Positions 27,643 to 38,100 of a stretch of DNA of 58,804 nt are shown in pieces; the stretch's first letter is position 1; each line of letters begins with the position of its first letter. The translations under genes were made by a program, and so were the position numbers. The stretch is taken from positions 1-58,804 of the IMG/VR virus record IMGVR_UViG_3300033150_000453; one strand, written 5' to 3'. The notes under the pieces are model-generated. The model was not told the DNA's origin. It made no database searches and saw nothing but the letters and a program-made list of their open reading frames with translations. The stretch comes from a virus. Lineage: Duplodnaviria > Caudoviricetes.

Positions 27643-28415
27643 TGCCTAACTATACCCTGACATATAGCCCGCCTGCTGAGGGGTGGCCGTCCTTCTACTC
27701 CTATGAGCCCGAGTGGATTCAGGGCATGAACCAGTACCTGTACACGTTCAGTGGGGGCAACCTGTGGCGTCACAATACTAACGAGACGCGCAACAACTTC
27801 TATGGGACGCAGTACGACAGTAGTATTCAGAGCGTCTTCAACGACCAGCCCATCGTCAACAAGATTTTCAAGACGCTGGCCATCGAAGGCAATCGGCCTT
27901 GGGCCGCTACGCTTGTCTCGGACCAGCAGGACACGGGCTTCATCAACGCCTCATACTTCGAGAAGAAGGAGGGGGACTTCTTTGCTTTCGTTCGCAACAG
28001 CGGCACCAACCCCGCCAGCCCTGACGAATACGCTCTTCGTTCTCTGAATGGCATTGGCCAAAGCATAAGTGTTTTGGGGAACGTGGTCAGGTTTCCGCCT
28101 ACCGTCAGCATCGGCAGTATCCTGAGCGTGGGAGATAACTTCTACTTCTCTCCGTCACCGTTTACAGCAATTACGTTTGCGGGTAATGTCACAAGTATCG
28201 ACGTCGATTTGCCAAACGGAATCAATACTGTAACCCACGACGGCTCTGGCGCGGCCGGCGGAAACACGGACCTGTGGCTTGGCATTAAGAACCAAGTGGC
28301 GGAGTCTCATGGCATCCTCGGTCACTACGGCGTCTTCACCCTGACCAACACTGATACTACGGCGGTGGAGATGTTCGTGGCCAAGAGTGAGGTCATGCAG
28401 TCGTATCCGGGGTAA
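27642..28415 (+). CDS. Tail protein, probably the separately encoded nozzle C-terminal part
   Basis: TLTYS...GWPSFYSYEPE...NNFYG.QY...NKIFKTL; TAATG coupled. Confidence 0.65.
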   Translation: MPNYTLTYSPPAEGWPSFYSYEPEWIQGMNQYLYTFSGGNLWRHNTNETRNNFYGTQYDSSIQSVFNDQPIVNKIFKTLAIEGNRPWAATLVSDQQDTGFINASYFEKKEGDFFAFVRNSGTNPASPDEYALRSLNGIGQSISVLGNVVRFPPTVSIGSILSVGDNFYFSPSPFTAITFAGNVTSIDVDLPNGINTVTHDGSGAAGGNTDLWLGIKNQVAESHGILGHYGVFTLTNTDTTAVEMFVAKSEVMQSYPG

Positions 28416-28433
28416 ATCGTACTTTTATAGTTG

Positions 28434-28913
28434 ATGGAAGAGATTCTGCATCACGTTCACACTCAGCGCGGCCTGCTTTGGGAATCCATTGAGGATTTGC
28501 AGAAGGCGCTCGTAGGGTTGAACGAGACTGTAGAGCACCACACCGAAGCCATGCAGGACTTGATGCCCGTGACCCACAAGCTTGAGAACGGCCTGTATAC
28601 GCGTGAGATTTTCATGCCGGCGGGGCAGCTCGTGGTGAGCTTCATCCACAAGCAGAACCACCCGTCCTTCTTCATGGAAGGCGATATGTCCTTGCTCCTC
28701 GACGACGGTACGGTCAAGCGCGTCAAGGCGCCTATGGTGGTGCATACTGAGGTGGGCACGCAGCGCGTGGCATATATCCACGAGGACACGCGGTGGGCGT
28801 GCGTGTACCGCACCGATGCCAAGACCATTGAAGAGGCGGAGAAAGAGGTGTATACCATGGACTTCCGGGAGCTTCCGGAGGCCGTAATCCAAAAGAAATT
28901 ATGTCAGGAGTAA
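28434..28913 (+). CDS. Cupin-like protein
   Basis: GLYTREIFMPAGQLVVSFIHKQNH...GTQRVAYIHEDTRW. Confidence 0.65.
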   Translation: MEEILHHVHTQRGLLWESIEDLQKALVGLNETVEHHTEAMQDLMPVTHKLENGLYTREIFMPAGQLVVSFIHKQNHPSFFMEGDMSLLLDDGTVKRVKAPMVVHTEVGTQRVAYIHEDTRWACVYRTDAKTIEEAEKEVYTMDFRELPEAVIQKKLCQE

Positions 28914-30157
28914 TTCTAGCTACAGCTATCGGAAGTGGCGTCGCCGCTGCGGGCGGTACGGCAGCGGTCGTAGCCGCAGGTATCGGCGCGGGAACGACGC
29001 TCTACGGTGGCGCCAAGTCTTTCAGCGATGCTAACAAGGCGCGTAAGCGTGGGGAGGACGCCCAGCGCGACCTCCTCAAGAGTATGAAGGAGGCCAAGCG
29101 GCGTATCGACGTCAACGTCTACGAACAGTTGTCAATTCCCAAGGAGCCATTCGAGCTTATGCGCGAAGCTGCTCTAGTACAGGGCGCTACAGGTATGCAG
29201 GCTGGAGTAGAGGGTGACCAACGTGGCTCAGCGGCTACGGCAGGCCGAATACAGATGGCACAGCAGGCACAGCAAGCTGGCATTAGGACGGCTATGGGCG
29301 AGCAGATGATGGCCATTGATAAGCTCGTAGCTCAGGACGACGCACGCATCCAACAGCAGTTGGCAGGCATCGCCATGGAAGAGGCAGCGGGAGCTCAGGC
29401 CGCTATCCGCGACGCGGAGGAGGACCGGGCAAACTACATCACTCAAGGCGTGGGCACGCTGGGCAGTATCGCCGAGGGGTTGGCTACCAACTACGCGGAG
29501 GGCAACTTTGGTCAGCTTCGACAAGGCAACGCAGACTTGCGTCAGAGTGAGGGGGTGGCCTCTCCCGATACGCGTGTTGGTCGTAGGCAGATGCGAGAGG
29601 GGGACCGTCTTATGAGGCAGGACATGAGGCAGGCAGGTGACCTCAGTGGCTTTGGTTTTGACCAGCAGTTTGATATCACGGCACCTACCCAACCAGACGC
29701 TTATGTGCCTCCGGGCATGACCAACCGCGAGCTGAATCAAGCCCGCCGTAGTGAGCGTCAAGCCCTCAACCAGCAGCGCCGCGACCTCGGTATTTCTCGC
29801 GATGAGTTTGCTCGTCGCCGTGCCGAAGCGGAGGCTTTCGTTCCACGTGAGCAAGAGATGCAAGCTATTCGACAGTTTGACGACAAGAGTTTTAGCTCCT
29901 ACAGGCCGAGCGCAGACCGATTATTCACGCGTAGGGTTCCGGCAACAGAACCGCTCTTTGACCCCTACAATAGGGTTGGTAGCGTCCTTGGAGACCCGAA
30001 TAACCCAGATAGGTTTGATTATCGCACAATGCGTACGATGACTTTGGGCAACAGCTACGATGACCTCCCCACCGGCCCCCGCCCGTTGCCTCCGGGACCG
30101 CCTAATCTCGGACAGTACTCTGGCCTTGGCTTCCCGTCATACTTGATGTACGAATGA
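28901..30157 (+). CDS. Putative internal virion (ejection) protein 1
   Basis: G/A-rich hydrophobic N-terminus and Q/A-rich helices, as in DNA-transfer proteins. Confidence 0.65.
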   Translation: MSGVILATAIGSGVAAAGGTAAVVAAGIGAGTTLYGGAKSFSDANKARKRGEDAQRDLLKSMKEAKRRIDVNVYEQLSIPKEPFELMREAALVQGATGMQAGVEGDQRGSAATAGRIQMAQQAQQAGIRTAMGEQMMAIDKLVAQDDARIQQQLAGIAMEEAAGAQAAIRDAEEDRANYITQGVGTLGSIAEGLATNYAEGNFGQLRQGNADLRQSEGVASPDTRVGRRQMREGDRLMRQDMRQAGDLSGFGFDQQFDITAPTQPDAYVPPGMTNRELNQARRSERQALNQQRRDLGISRDEFARRRAEAEAFVPREQEMQAIRQFDDKSFSSYRPSADRLFTRRVPATEPLFDPYNRVGSVLGDPNNPDRFDYRTMRTMTLGNSYDDLPTGPRPLPPGPPNLGQYSGLGFPSYLMYE

Positions 30158-32124
30158 GCTATTTCAAGTACGCCGAACGGTCATCTGAATCTCGGGTAGA
30201 CTGGAATGAGATTAGCAAGGGCATGGTCGACATGCTCAAGGAGCAGACGCGCCTGCGCAACGAGAAGCTCGACGAGGCGGTAAAGCTCCAAGGCGAAGTC
30301 ACGACCACCCTGTCCGAGGCCCCGATGGGGTCCGACGTGAATGCCAACCAGCGGGTGGCAGAGTTTGCGTCCGACGCGCAGGAGTATTCGCTCATGATGA
30401 ACAAGCTGTGGCGTAGCGGGGAGATGAGCTACCGGGAGTACATGGCTGCGACCAACAACTTCAAGACCAATACCGAGGGATACCTCAGTCAGGCCGAGAA
30501 GTACGCCGCCAACTACGAGGTTCACAAGAAGCGCATGGAGGAGCAGATTGCCTCTGGCGTAGAGGTGTCTGAGCTGGCCCGTGTCGAGGACTTTGGCAAC
30601 TTCAGCAAGTTCACCCCGGTTATCGACGCGCCTACAGGCGCTATTGGATTGGTGGGAGAAGACGGAACCAAGTACGCCAGCATGACTCAGCTTGGCGTAG
30701 CCGTTATGTCTCAGTACGACAGGCTCGATGTCAATGCCGCTACTACTTCGGTCGCAGAGCAGATGGGCACTACGGTTGAGGTGATTAAGAGAGGCGGTGT
30801 TCGGACTCTGGAAAGCGCATTGCAGAACGAAGATTACATCGCCGCCGAGGACAACGCTATCAGCGGCATCCTTGTTGGCGACAACGCCCATACGTCTGTT
30901 TTGGTCGATTACGACATGGGTGCATACAGCACGACCCACGACATCAACGACGCCATCAACGACCCCAATGCCATCCTTATGGTCCCTAGCTCTAGGAATC
31001 CAAACAGGATGATTGGTGCTGTCGAAGACGATGCTGCCTTTGATAGGTACATCGACGAGCAAGCCACCCGAAACGGTCAGCCTCTGACCGATGGGGAGAA
31101 GGCCACTCTCCGACGCCACCGTGACGCGCAGCGCGAGCAGTCTTTCGAAACCGTTCGCAAGCAGCTCCGTGCCCGACTGGACTTCAAGGAGACTCCGATG
31201 GCGGACCGGCAGCCGCCAAAGCCATCCGACAGAGAGAAGGCTGGGCGCTCTTCCGCTGAAACGGGAATAAACAACTTGCAGGCCATCTACACCGCCACGG
31301 ATGACACGAAGGACAAGATGATTGCCGCCATCAACTACTTCGAGGGGCTCAATGAGGGGCTTGACCTTGAGGTGGTGACCCGTGATAATCAGCGTACTCT
31401 TGCCATCAAGCGTGAGGGTGAGGATGAGACGCGATACATTTCCATGGAAACCGATTACCCCACTTTTGTGGAGTCGGTCTCCACCTTCGTTATGCCGAAC
31501 ACGCAGTACTTGAGTTCTGCGCTTGAAGAGAACCCCCTCCCCGAGGGGGCAACGCGTGGAACGGCTTTGGGTGGTGTCGTGATGGAACGTGACGTAGACC
31601 TCGAAAACATCGGTGCCGAAGTGGTGACGTACGATGAAGATGGGGACCAAATTGAGACCACTTTCCGAGGCTTTATGGAGGGCCTTCCCGTGCCGGAAAG
31701 TGATATGTCAAATGAAGACGACAAAACCATTGTTGCGGTAAACGAAATTAACAGCGCCCTTGACCAGTTGAATTTGACCGATAAGATTACGGTCAGTTCC
31801 GTAGTCGAGAACACACTGGAAGACCTGTATGGCAGGACTTTAGGCACGTCGCCCATCGACTACCCCGGCATAAAAATTCAGGCTCCGAACATGCCGAATG
31901 GAATTCTCATTTCGCATGAGCCAAATGACGTCAACACCATTGGACCTATCTTGGAATTGATTGCTACGGGACGCCCTGTAACAATGGAAGAACTATACGC
32001 TCTCATGGGTGATGAGTCTATTGCAATCACCAACAAGCTGATTGAGAAGGGACACTTGAACATCGAGCGGCCCGAGATTCCGAATCCAAACGCGCAAACA
32101 GCTTCAGGAGGTAACGTACGGTAA
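30154..32124 (+). CDS. Putative internal virion (ejection) protein 2
   Basis: 656-aa helical protein between ejection protein 1 and the giant gene. Confidence 0.6.
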   Translation: MSYFKYAERSSESRVDWNEISKGMVDMLKEQTRLRNEKLDEAVKLQGEVTTTLSEAPMGSDVNANQRVAEFASDAQEYSLMMNKLWRSGEMSYREYMAATNNFKTNTEGYLSQAEKYAANYEVHKKRMEEQIASGVEVSELARVEDFGNFSKFTPVIDAPTGAIGLVGEDGTKYASMTQLGVAVMSQYDRLDVNAATTSVAEQMGTTVEVIKRGGVRTLESALQNEDYIAAEDNAISGILVGDNAHTSVLVDYDMGAYSTTHDINDAINDPNAILMVPSSRNPNRMIGAVEDDAAFDRYIDEQATRNGQPLTDGEKATLRRHRDAQREQSFETVRKQLRARLDFKETPMADRQPPKPSDREKAGRSSAETGINNLQAIYTATDDTKDKMIAAINYFEGLNEGLDLEVVTRDNQRTLAIKREGEDETRYISMETDYPTFVESVSTFVMPNTQYLSSALEENPLPEGATRGTALGGVVMERDVDLENIGAEVVTYDEDGDQIETTFRGFMEGLPVPESDMSNEDDKTIVAVNEINSALDQLNLTDKITVSSVVENTLEDLYGRTLGTSPIDYPGIKIQAPNMPNGILISHEPNDVNTIGPILELIATGRPVTMEELYALMGDESIAITNKLIEKGHLNIERPEIPNPNAQTASGGNVR

Positions 32125-35100
32125 TGAACGACGAGCAGGTACTCAAGGATTTTATTGCGACCGCGCAGGCCAATAATTATAACTATGATGTGGTCATGCC
32201 CAAGTTCCCGGAGCTTGAAGGCTACGACCTTCAGGTGCTCAAGGACTACATCGCTACAGCGGAGGCCAACGATTACAACTATGAGGTAATCAACCCCAAG
32301 TTCCCCGAGCTGTTCGACGATAAAAAAAAAGACGATACGGAATCTGTATCGGAGGTTGGTTCATTGGAGCCACCCGTTGTTGAGGAACAAGCTGAACGGG
32401 CCCGGAACCTACGCCCCACTGCGCGGCTGAACGAAGACGGAACGGAGTCTACCGTCTTGATGGCTTCGATGGAAGTCGACGGGAAGAACGTGGCTATCCC
32501 AACCCTATTCCCCAAGGACCCAAACAACGTCACGTCGAGCCCCGAGGACTGGATGGAGCTGGACGCCATGGAGGCATACAACACCGCCCTTGAGCGCGGA
32601 GAAGTCTTTGAGTTCGAAACGCCCGAGGAGGCCAACGCTTTCGCTGAGGGCTCTTGGAAGGTTGACACCCCCGTTGAACAGCCCCGCACGGAGGCGGACA
32701 CTTTCTTCGACATGGCTTTGGAGGCGGTTACGCCCGAGCTAATCGACAGGGGCGACGAGGACAAAGTAGCCTTTGAGCTCAACGACCTTCTCAACCAGTT
32801 CGGTTTCAATGTCGAGACGTCTGGGTTTCTGACCGACGCCTTGAAGGTGACGGCCAAGAACGGCCAGAGCATTGACGTAGACCTTGACCCGTTCCGAACC
32901 AGTACTGAGGTGGCGGAGTCGGACAAGCTCCGTCAGTTCCTTGTCGACAACCGCCGTGAGTCAGAGAACCTGCTCAAGCAGGAAGACGACTATCAGGCCG
33001 CTAAGCTGAAGTTCGCCACCGAGAAGCAGATTGACGAGAACGTAGCCCGCCTGAACCAACAGGCGAACGAGTTCCAGCAGTTCGCTCGCGAGGTCGACGA
33101 TGCGGCTTTGCAGATTCAAAAGAAGCACGCTGGCTTAGAGAAATACACCGAGGAGTATTTGCGTGCCAACCCCGAGGAATACGACGAGTACAAGGCTCAA
33201 TACGATGCTTACGCAGCCGATATGGCTGCTCTCGAAGACTTGGACAAACAGTTGCAGCGGCGTAGCCAAGAGCTGCTGTATGCCGACCAAGAAATCAATC
33301 GCGCCGCAGGAGAGTACATCCAAACCAAGGGTGAGTTCTTTAGGTCAGACATCCCCGGCTTGGCCAAGCGTGCCCTAGCGGAGGGGACGTCTCGTTTGGC
33401 ACGGGGAAGCGTAGACCTTATGGTCGACATCGGACTCCCCGGTCGCGCAATCGACTACAAGCTCGGCACCTTGGACAGGGCCGACGAGGCGGAAGACTTT
33501 GTGTTGGCAGCCAACGAGATTGGCCTAACCAATATCCCGGAGGACGCGGTTGAGAACTTCGACGCTTGGTGGGACTCCCTCCCCGAGGACCTTCAGCAAG
33601 ACATTACTGCTAAGCACCTCGACAACTACGCCAAAGCCCTCAAGTATGGTGGCGAAGATGCGGCGAAGATGTCTGGCGTCGACTTGGAAAAGGGACTCGG
33701 CGGTGACGCATTTGATGGAACGATGTGGGTCTTCGGAGAGTCCGAGGGCGACCTTACTTACGACCTGACTAAAGAGGGTTGGTGGGGTGGCGCGATTCTC
33801 GGTGCCATTGAATCCATTCCCGCCTTTGTTGGCTTCGGGAAAAGCGTCGTGGGCAAAGCCCTTGGTGCGGGTACGCGCTTGGGTAGGCTCTACACACAGA
33901 CTTCCGACCACGTTGACGAGGAGTTCCGCAAAGACCCCGAGTTGCGTAACGTAAGTGAGGCCGATAAGCTCAAGCTGAAAGTCCCGCTGTCGCTGACGGT
34001 AGCTGCACTGGAGAATGTTGGCTTCAGGAACATGGTGCAGTCGAGGAACCTGATGGGCAAGGCGCTTCTTAAGATTGCCGGTAAGCCCACCGAGCGGGCT
34101 ACGGGCCGAACATTTCGAGAGATTATTCAGCGTGAGGTCAATAACGGTGTGGCACGCGCTGGACTCACTCTTACTGCCGGCGCCGCTGCCGAGTTCGAGA
34201 CCGGCTTTGCCCAAGAGGGTGCCGATATCGCTATGAAGAAGCTGTGGAACTTGACGTCAGAAAACCCAGAGTTCGAGACCCCGGACAATGTCCTTATGGC
34301 GATGCTTAACGGCGGTGCTCAGGAGGCTGTGGGTTCTTTCGTCCTCGGCGCCCCCACTGCTGTTGGTGCGTATGCTAACAAGTCTGACTTCTCCAAGCTG
34401 TCAAATGCGGAGCTGGCGGTATTCGAGTGGATGTCCAACCCCGGCAACCGTGGTGCTACCAAGCCTATGATTGCTGCCCACCTAAAGAACCTTGTCAACC
34501 AAGGCAAGCTGACGGGGGCTGAGGCCAAGGCTGCACTCGACGGTTACGAGCGTACCTCACAAGCCATGGATGGCATTCGTGGTGTAGATGGTATGACGCC
34601 CGAGCAAAAGAAGTCGTACCTCGCTATGGAGCTCCGCAAGCAGGAGTTGCAGAGGCAGCTTGACGGTCGTGCCGCACCGTTCAAGAAAGCCATCCAGCAG
34701 GAGATTGACGACCTAGGAATTAGACAACAAGAGATAGCAGATGCCGTTCAAGAGCAAAGCACAGAGAAGGTTCCTACACGCGACGAATCCGGAGCTCGCG
34801 CAGAAGTGGGAAAAGAAGTACAAGACGAGCAAGAACCTCCCGTCGAAACTCAAGAAGCGGAAGAAGAAGTAGAGAGAGACTCTCTTTTTGAGCAGGCAGC
34901 TCGGGCCGTCATTGAGTCTGGTATAGCCGATTCTGGCGCTCTGATGCGGAAGTTTAAAATCGGTAATAACCGGGCCGGTAAAATCATTGACCAGCTTGAG
35001 CAGGCAGGAGTTGTTAGTGAGTTTAGTCCAGAAGGCCGAAAGGTCCTGATGGACGAAGGCGCTTTAGATAATCTGTTGGCTCCAACAGAGGAGGTCGCAC

Positions 35101-38100
35101 CTGCTGAGGAAACGGCCCCCACAGAAAGTGCCGCACCAGAGCTGACCGAAGAGGAGCGTGCCGAGGCCGAGGCTTTGGAGGCGCAGTTTGGTGCCGAGGG
35201 TACACCCGACGTTACCGAAACCACTGACGATGGCGTCAATGTGCGCACGCGTGAGGGCAGCAAGCTGACCAAGAAGCAACAGCGGTATGTGGAGCAGGCC
35301 AACAACGTATTGAAGGCCCTTCAGTCCGTTATCCCGGATGTCAAAGTCGTAGCATACCAAACTACCGAGCAGTACCGTGAGGCTACTGGCCGGAGCGGTA
35401 GCGGGATGTACTTCGACAAGACCATCCACATCAACCTCGCCAAGGCCAATAGCCGTACTGCTTTCCACGAGGCGTTCCACGCCATCTTCTTGGAACAGCT
35501 ACGTAACCCCGAGAGTAACGAAGAGGCGCAGGCGAAGGCAAAGGCGTTGCTGCGCACCATCCGTAAGGCTATCCCGCCGAAGTCGGTTCTGGCTAACCGT
35601 ATCGACAACTTCCTCACTCAATACGAGGAGCAGGACATCAGCGAGGAGGCTTTGTCGGAAGTCTTCGGGTACATCGCCAGTGGCTATACCGCCCTCGGCC
35701 CACAGGTCAAAAGCAGGATTAAGGCCGCCATCAAGGGCTTTATCGAAGGCATCATCGGTCGCAAGCTGGGGTCGCAGTGGTCACAAGGCGACCAAGCTGT
35801 GCTTGACGCCATGCGGTTGCTGGCTGGTAAGGTCGAGCGTGGTGAAGCCCTGACCGAAGAGGATGTCGCTGGTATCGAGGTCAGTGAGGAGGCTGCCGCC
35901 AAGGAGGAAGCCGAGGCAGAGCTGGACCGTGGCATCAGTGCGATTCAGAAGCTGCGTCAGGATGCTTTGAGTGCCGCTAATGACGTACTTGGGCCACTGG
36001 CTGAGAAGGTGACCAAGACCGACAAGGGTCGGGAGACCCTGCGCAAACTGGTCAAGCGTATCGACGACAAGAAGCTCGCGTCCATCGAGAAGAAGATGCG
36101 CGATGCGAAGAAGTCGAAGAAGATGTCCGAGGCCGACAAGGCTGAGCGCATTGCGTCATTACAGCGTGATGCGGAGGCGGAGATGGAGCGGCTCGCCAAG
36201 GAGCGTGAGGCTGTAGCCAAGGAAGCTGAGGAGGCTTTGGAGAAGCTCAAGCCCATCGAGGAGAAGCAGGAGCAGGAGTCCAAGCTGGCCGATATCAAGC
36301 GGCGGCAGAAGGAGATTACCGAGCAGCTTTCCAAGGACAAGCGCGAGGCAAAGAGGACTTTCGAAGGCGAGGAGCTCAAGGAGTATGTGAAGGGTCTTAC
36401 CGAGGAGGCTGAGGCCAAGCGGGCTGCTTTGCGTGACGAGATTGCTGAGCTGCGCGGGAAGAAGAAGAAGGTCGAGGAAGAAGCCCCGGTGGAGGAGGCA
36501 CCCGTTGAGGAGACCCCCACCGTCGGCACCATCCGCACCAAGGTTGGCGTCGAGGCGTTCGGGAAGTTGGAGGCTGCGGTGCGCGACTACTTGGAGTATA
36601 TGGATGCTCTCGACCCGGAGCAGGACATGACCCGTGGTCAAAAGGCTGCGTCCACACGACGGGTAAACAAGGTGGTGAATCTGGCTTTCGAGCTAGGCTT
36701 AACTGATGCGGAGCAGGCGGTGGTGCAGAACTCCGTACAGGAAAAGATTGATGCAGAGAAGCGGGCAGCCGAGGCGAAGGAGGCCGAGCAGGCCGAGCTC
36801 ACGGCAGCAGCCGAGCGGGCTAAGAAGGCAGCGGAGGAGCCCACGGTGGAGGAAACGGTAGAGGAGGAGCCCACGGTGGAGGAGACGGTGGACGACGCAG
36901 AGATTGCCCGGCTTGAGGAGGAGCTGCGCAAGGCTGAGGAGGACCTTGACTTCTACAACCGTGACGAGCCGGACAATACCAAGTACCCGAAGTACAAGAG
37001 CTTTAAGCAGGCGAAAGAGGCCATCAATGCGGGCAAAGACCCGCGCTTCCATAGTATGGAAGACGCGCCGTCTATGGGTGCGCAAACAGCTAATGAGAAC
37101 TTAGATAGAAAGTACACGGCTGAGCAAAAAACTCCCTATATAACGGGTTTGGAGACGACCATGGTGTTTGAGGACAGTGCTCGCGACGCCTTGGTTTCCA
37201 TCAACAGGACATACAGAGCCACTAAGAGCAGAGACACCGCCGGTGTGGGTGAAGACCTTGAGAGCACGGTCGAAGACCTAAAAAAACAACTCGCCGAAGC
37301 CAAGAAGACTCAGGCGCCCAAGGCTACGGAGGCGCAGAAGCGTGCTGCTATCGAGGGCGTCAGCGTGGAGGATTTCACCAAGGAGCAGCAGCGGGTAGAG
37401 CGCCAGCGGAAAGACACGCTGTCTCGGCAGGCGAAGCGGGAGCTGGACGGGCTGAAGGGGAAGACCGATAAGGCGTCCAAGGCCAAGAGGGCAGAGCTCA
37501 AGGAGTTCATGTCCAACCTCGGTACCATGTCCGTGGACGAGGCTCAGGCGAAGCGGCAGCCCAAGGCTCGGGAGCAGCGTGCTTCGGAGGTGTTGGGTCG
37601 GTACAAGTTCCGTCCGGACGGAAGTCTGATTGGCGATGCAAAGCTGGCAGCAGAGCTGCGTGGCTACATGAAGAAGTTTGGCTTCGGAGTGGAGCAGTTC
37701 GGAGACCGCGACGACAGGTTCTATATCGTGGAAGACGGCAAGCGGGTCAAACCTGCTGACGTCATTGCCAGCGACGAGGCGTTCATTGCCGACCGAGAGG
37801 CCATCGAAGCAGAGCAGCGCGAGGCGCAGGCCGCAGAGAGCTTGGCCCGTGCCGAGGCTGAAGACCTGCGTACCGAGGGACTCAAGCGGTACCAAGACGA
37901 GTACCTCGACTTCCCGGAGGGGATGATTCCTCCGAGCCGGTTGTCGGCCCGTGAGCAGCGTAGCGACCTCGGAGATTCCACCGAAGGGTTCTCTACCTCA
38001 GCCGTGGTTAAGTTCGCCAAGGAGCGCGGCTTCTCCGACAAGGCCATCCTCGCCGTACGCCCCGGGGCAGAGCAAGCCATCGCCGAGTACGACGCCAAGG

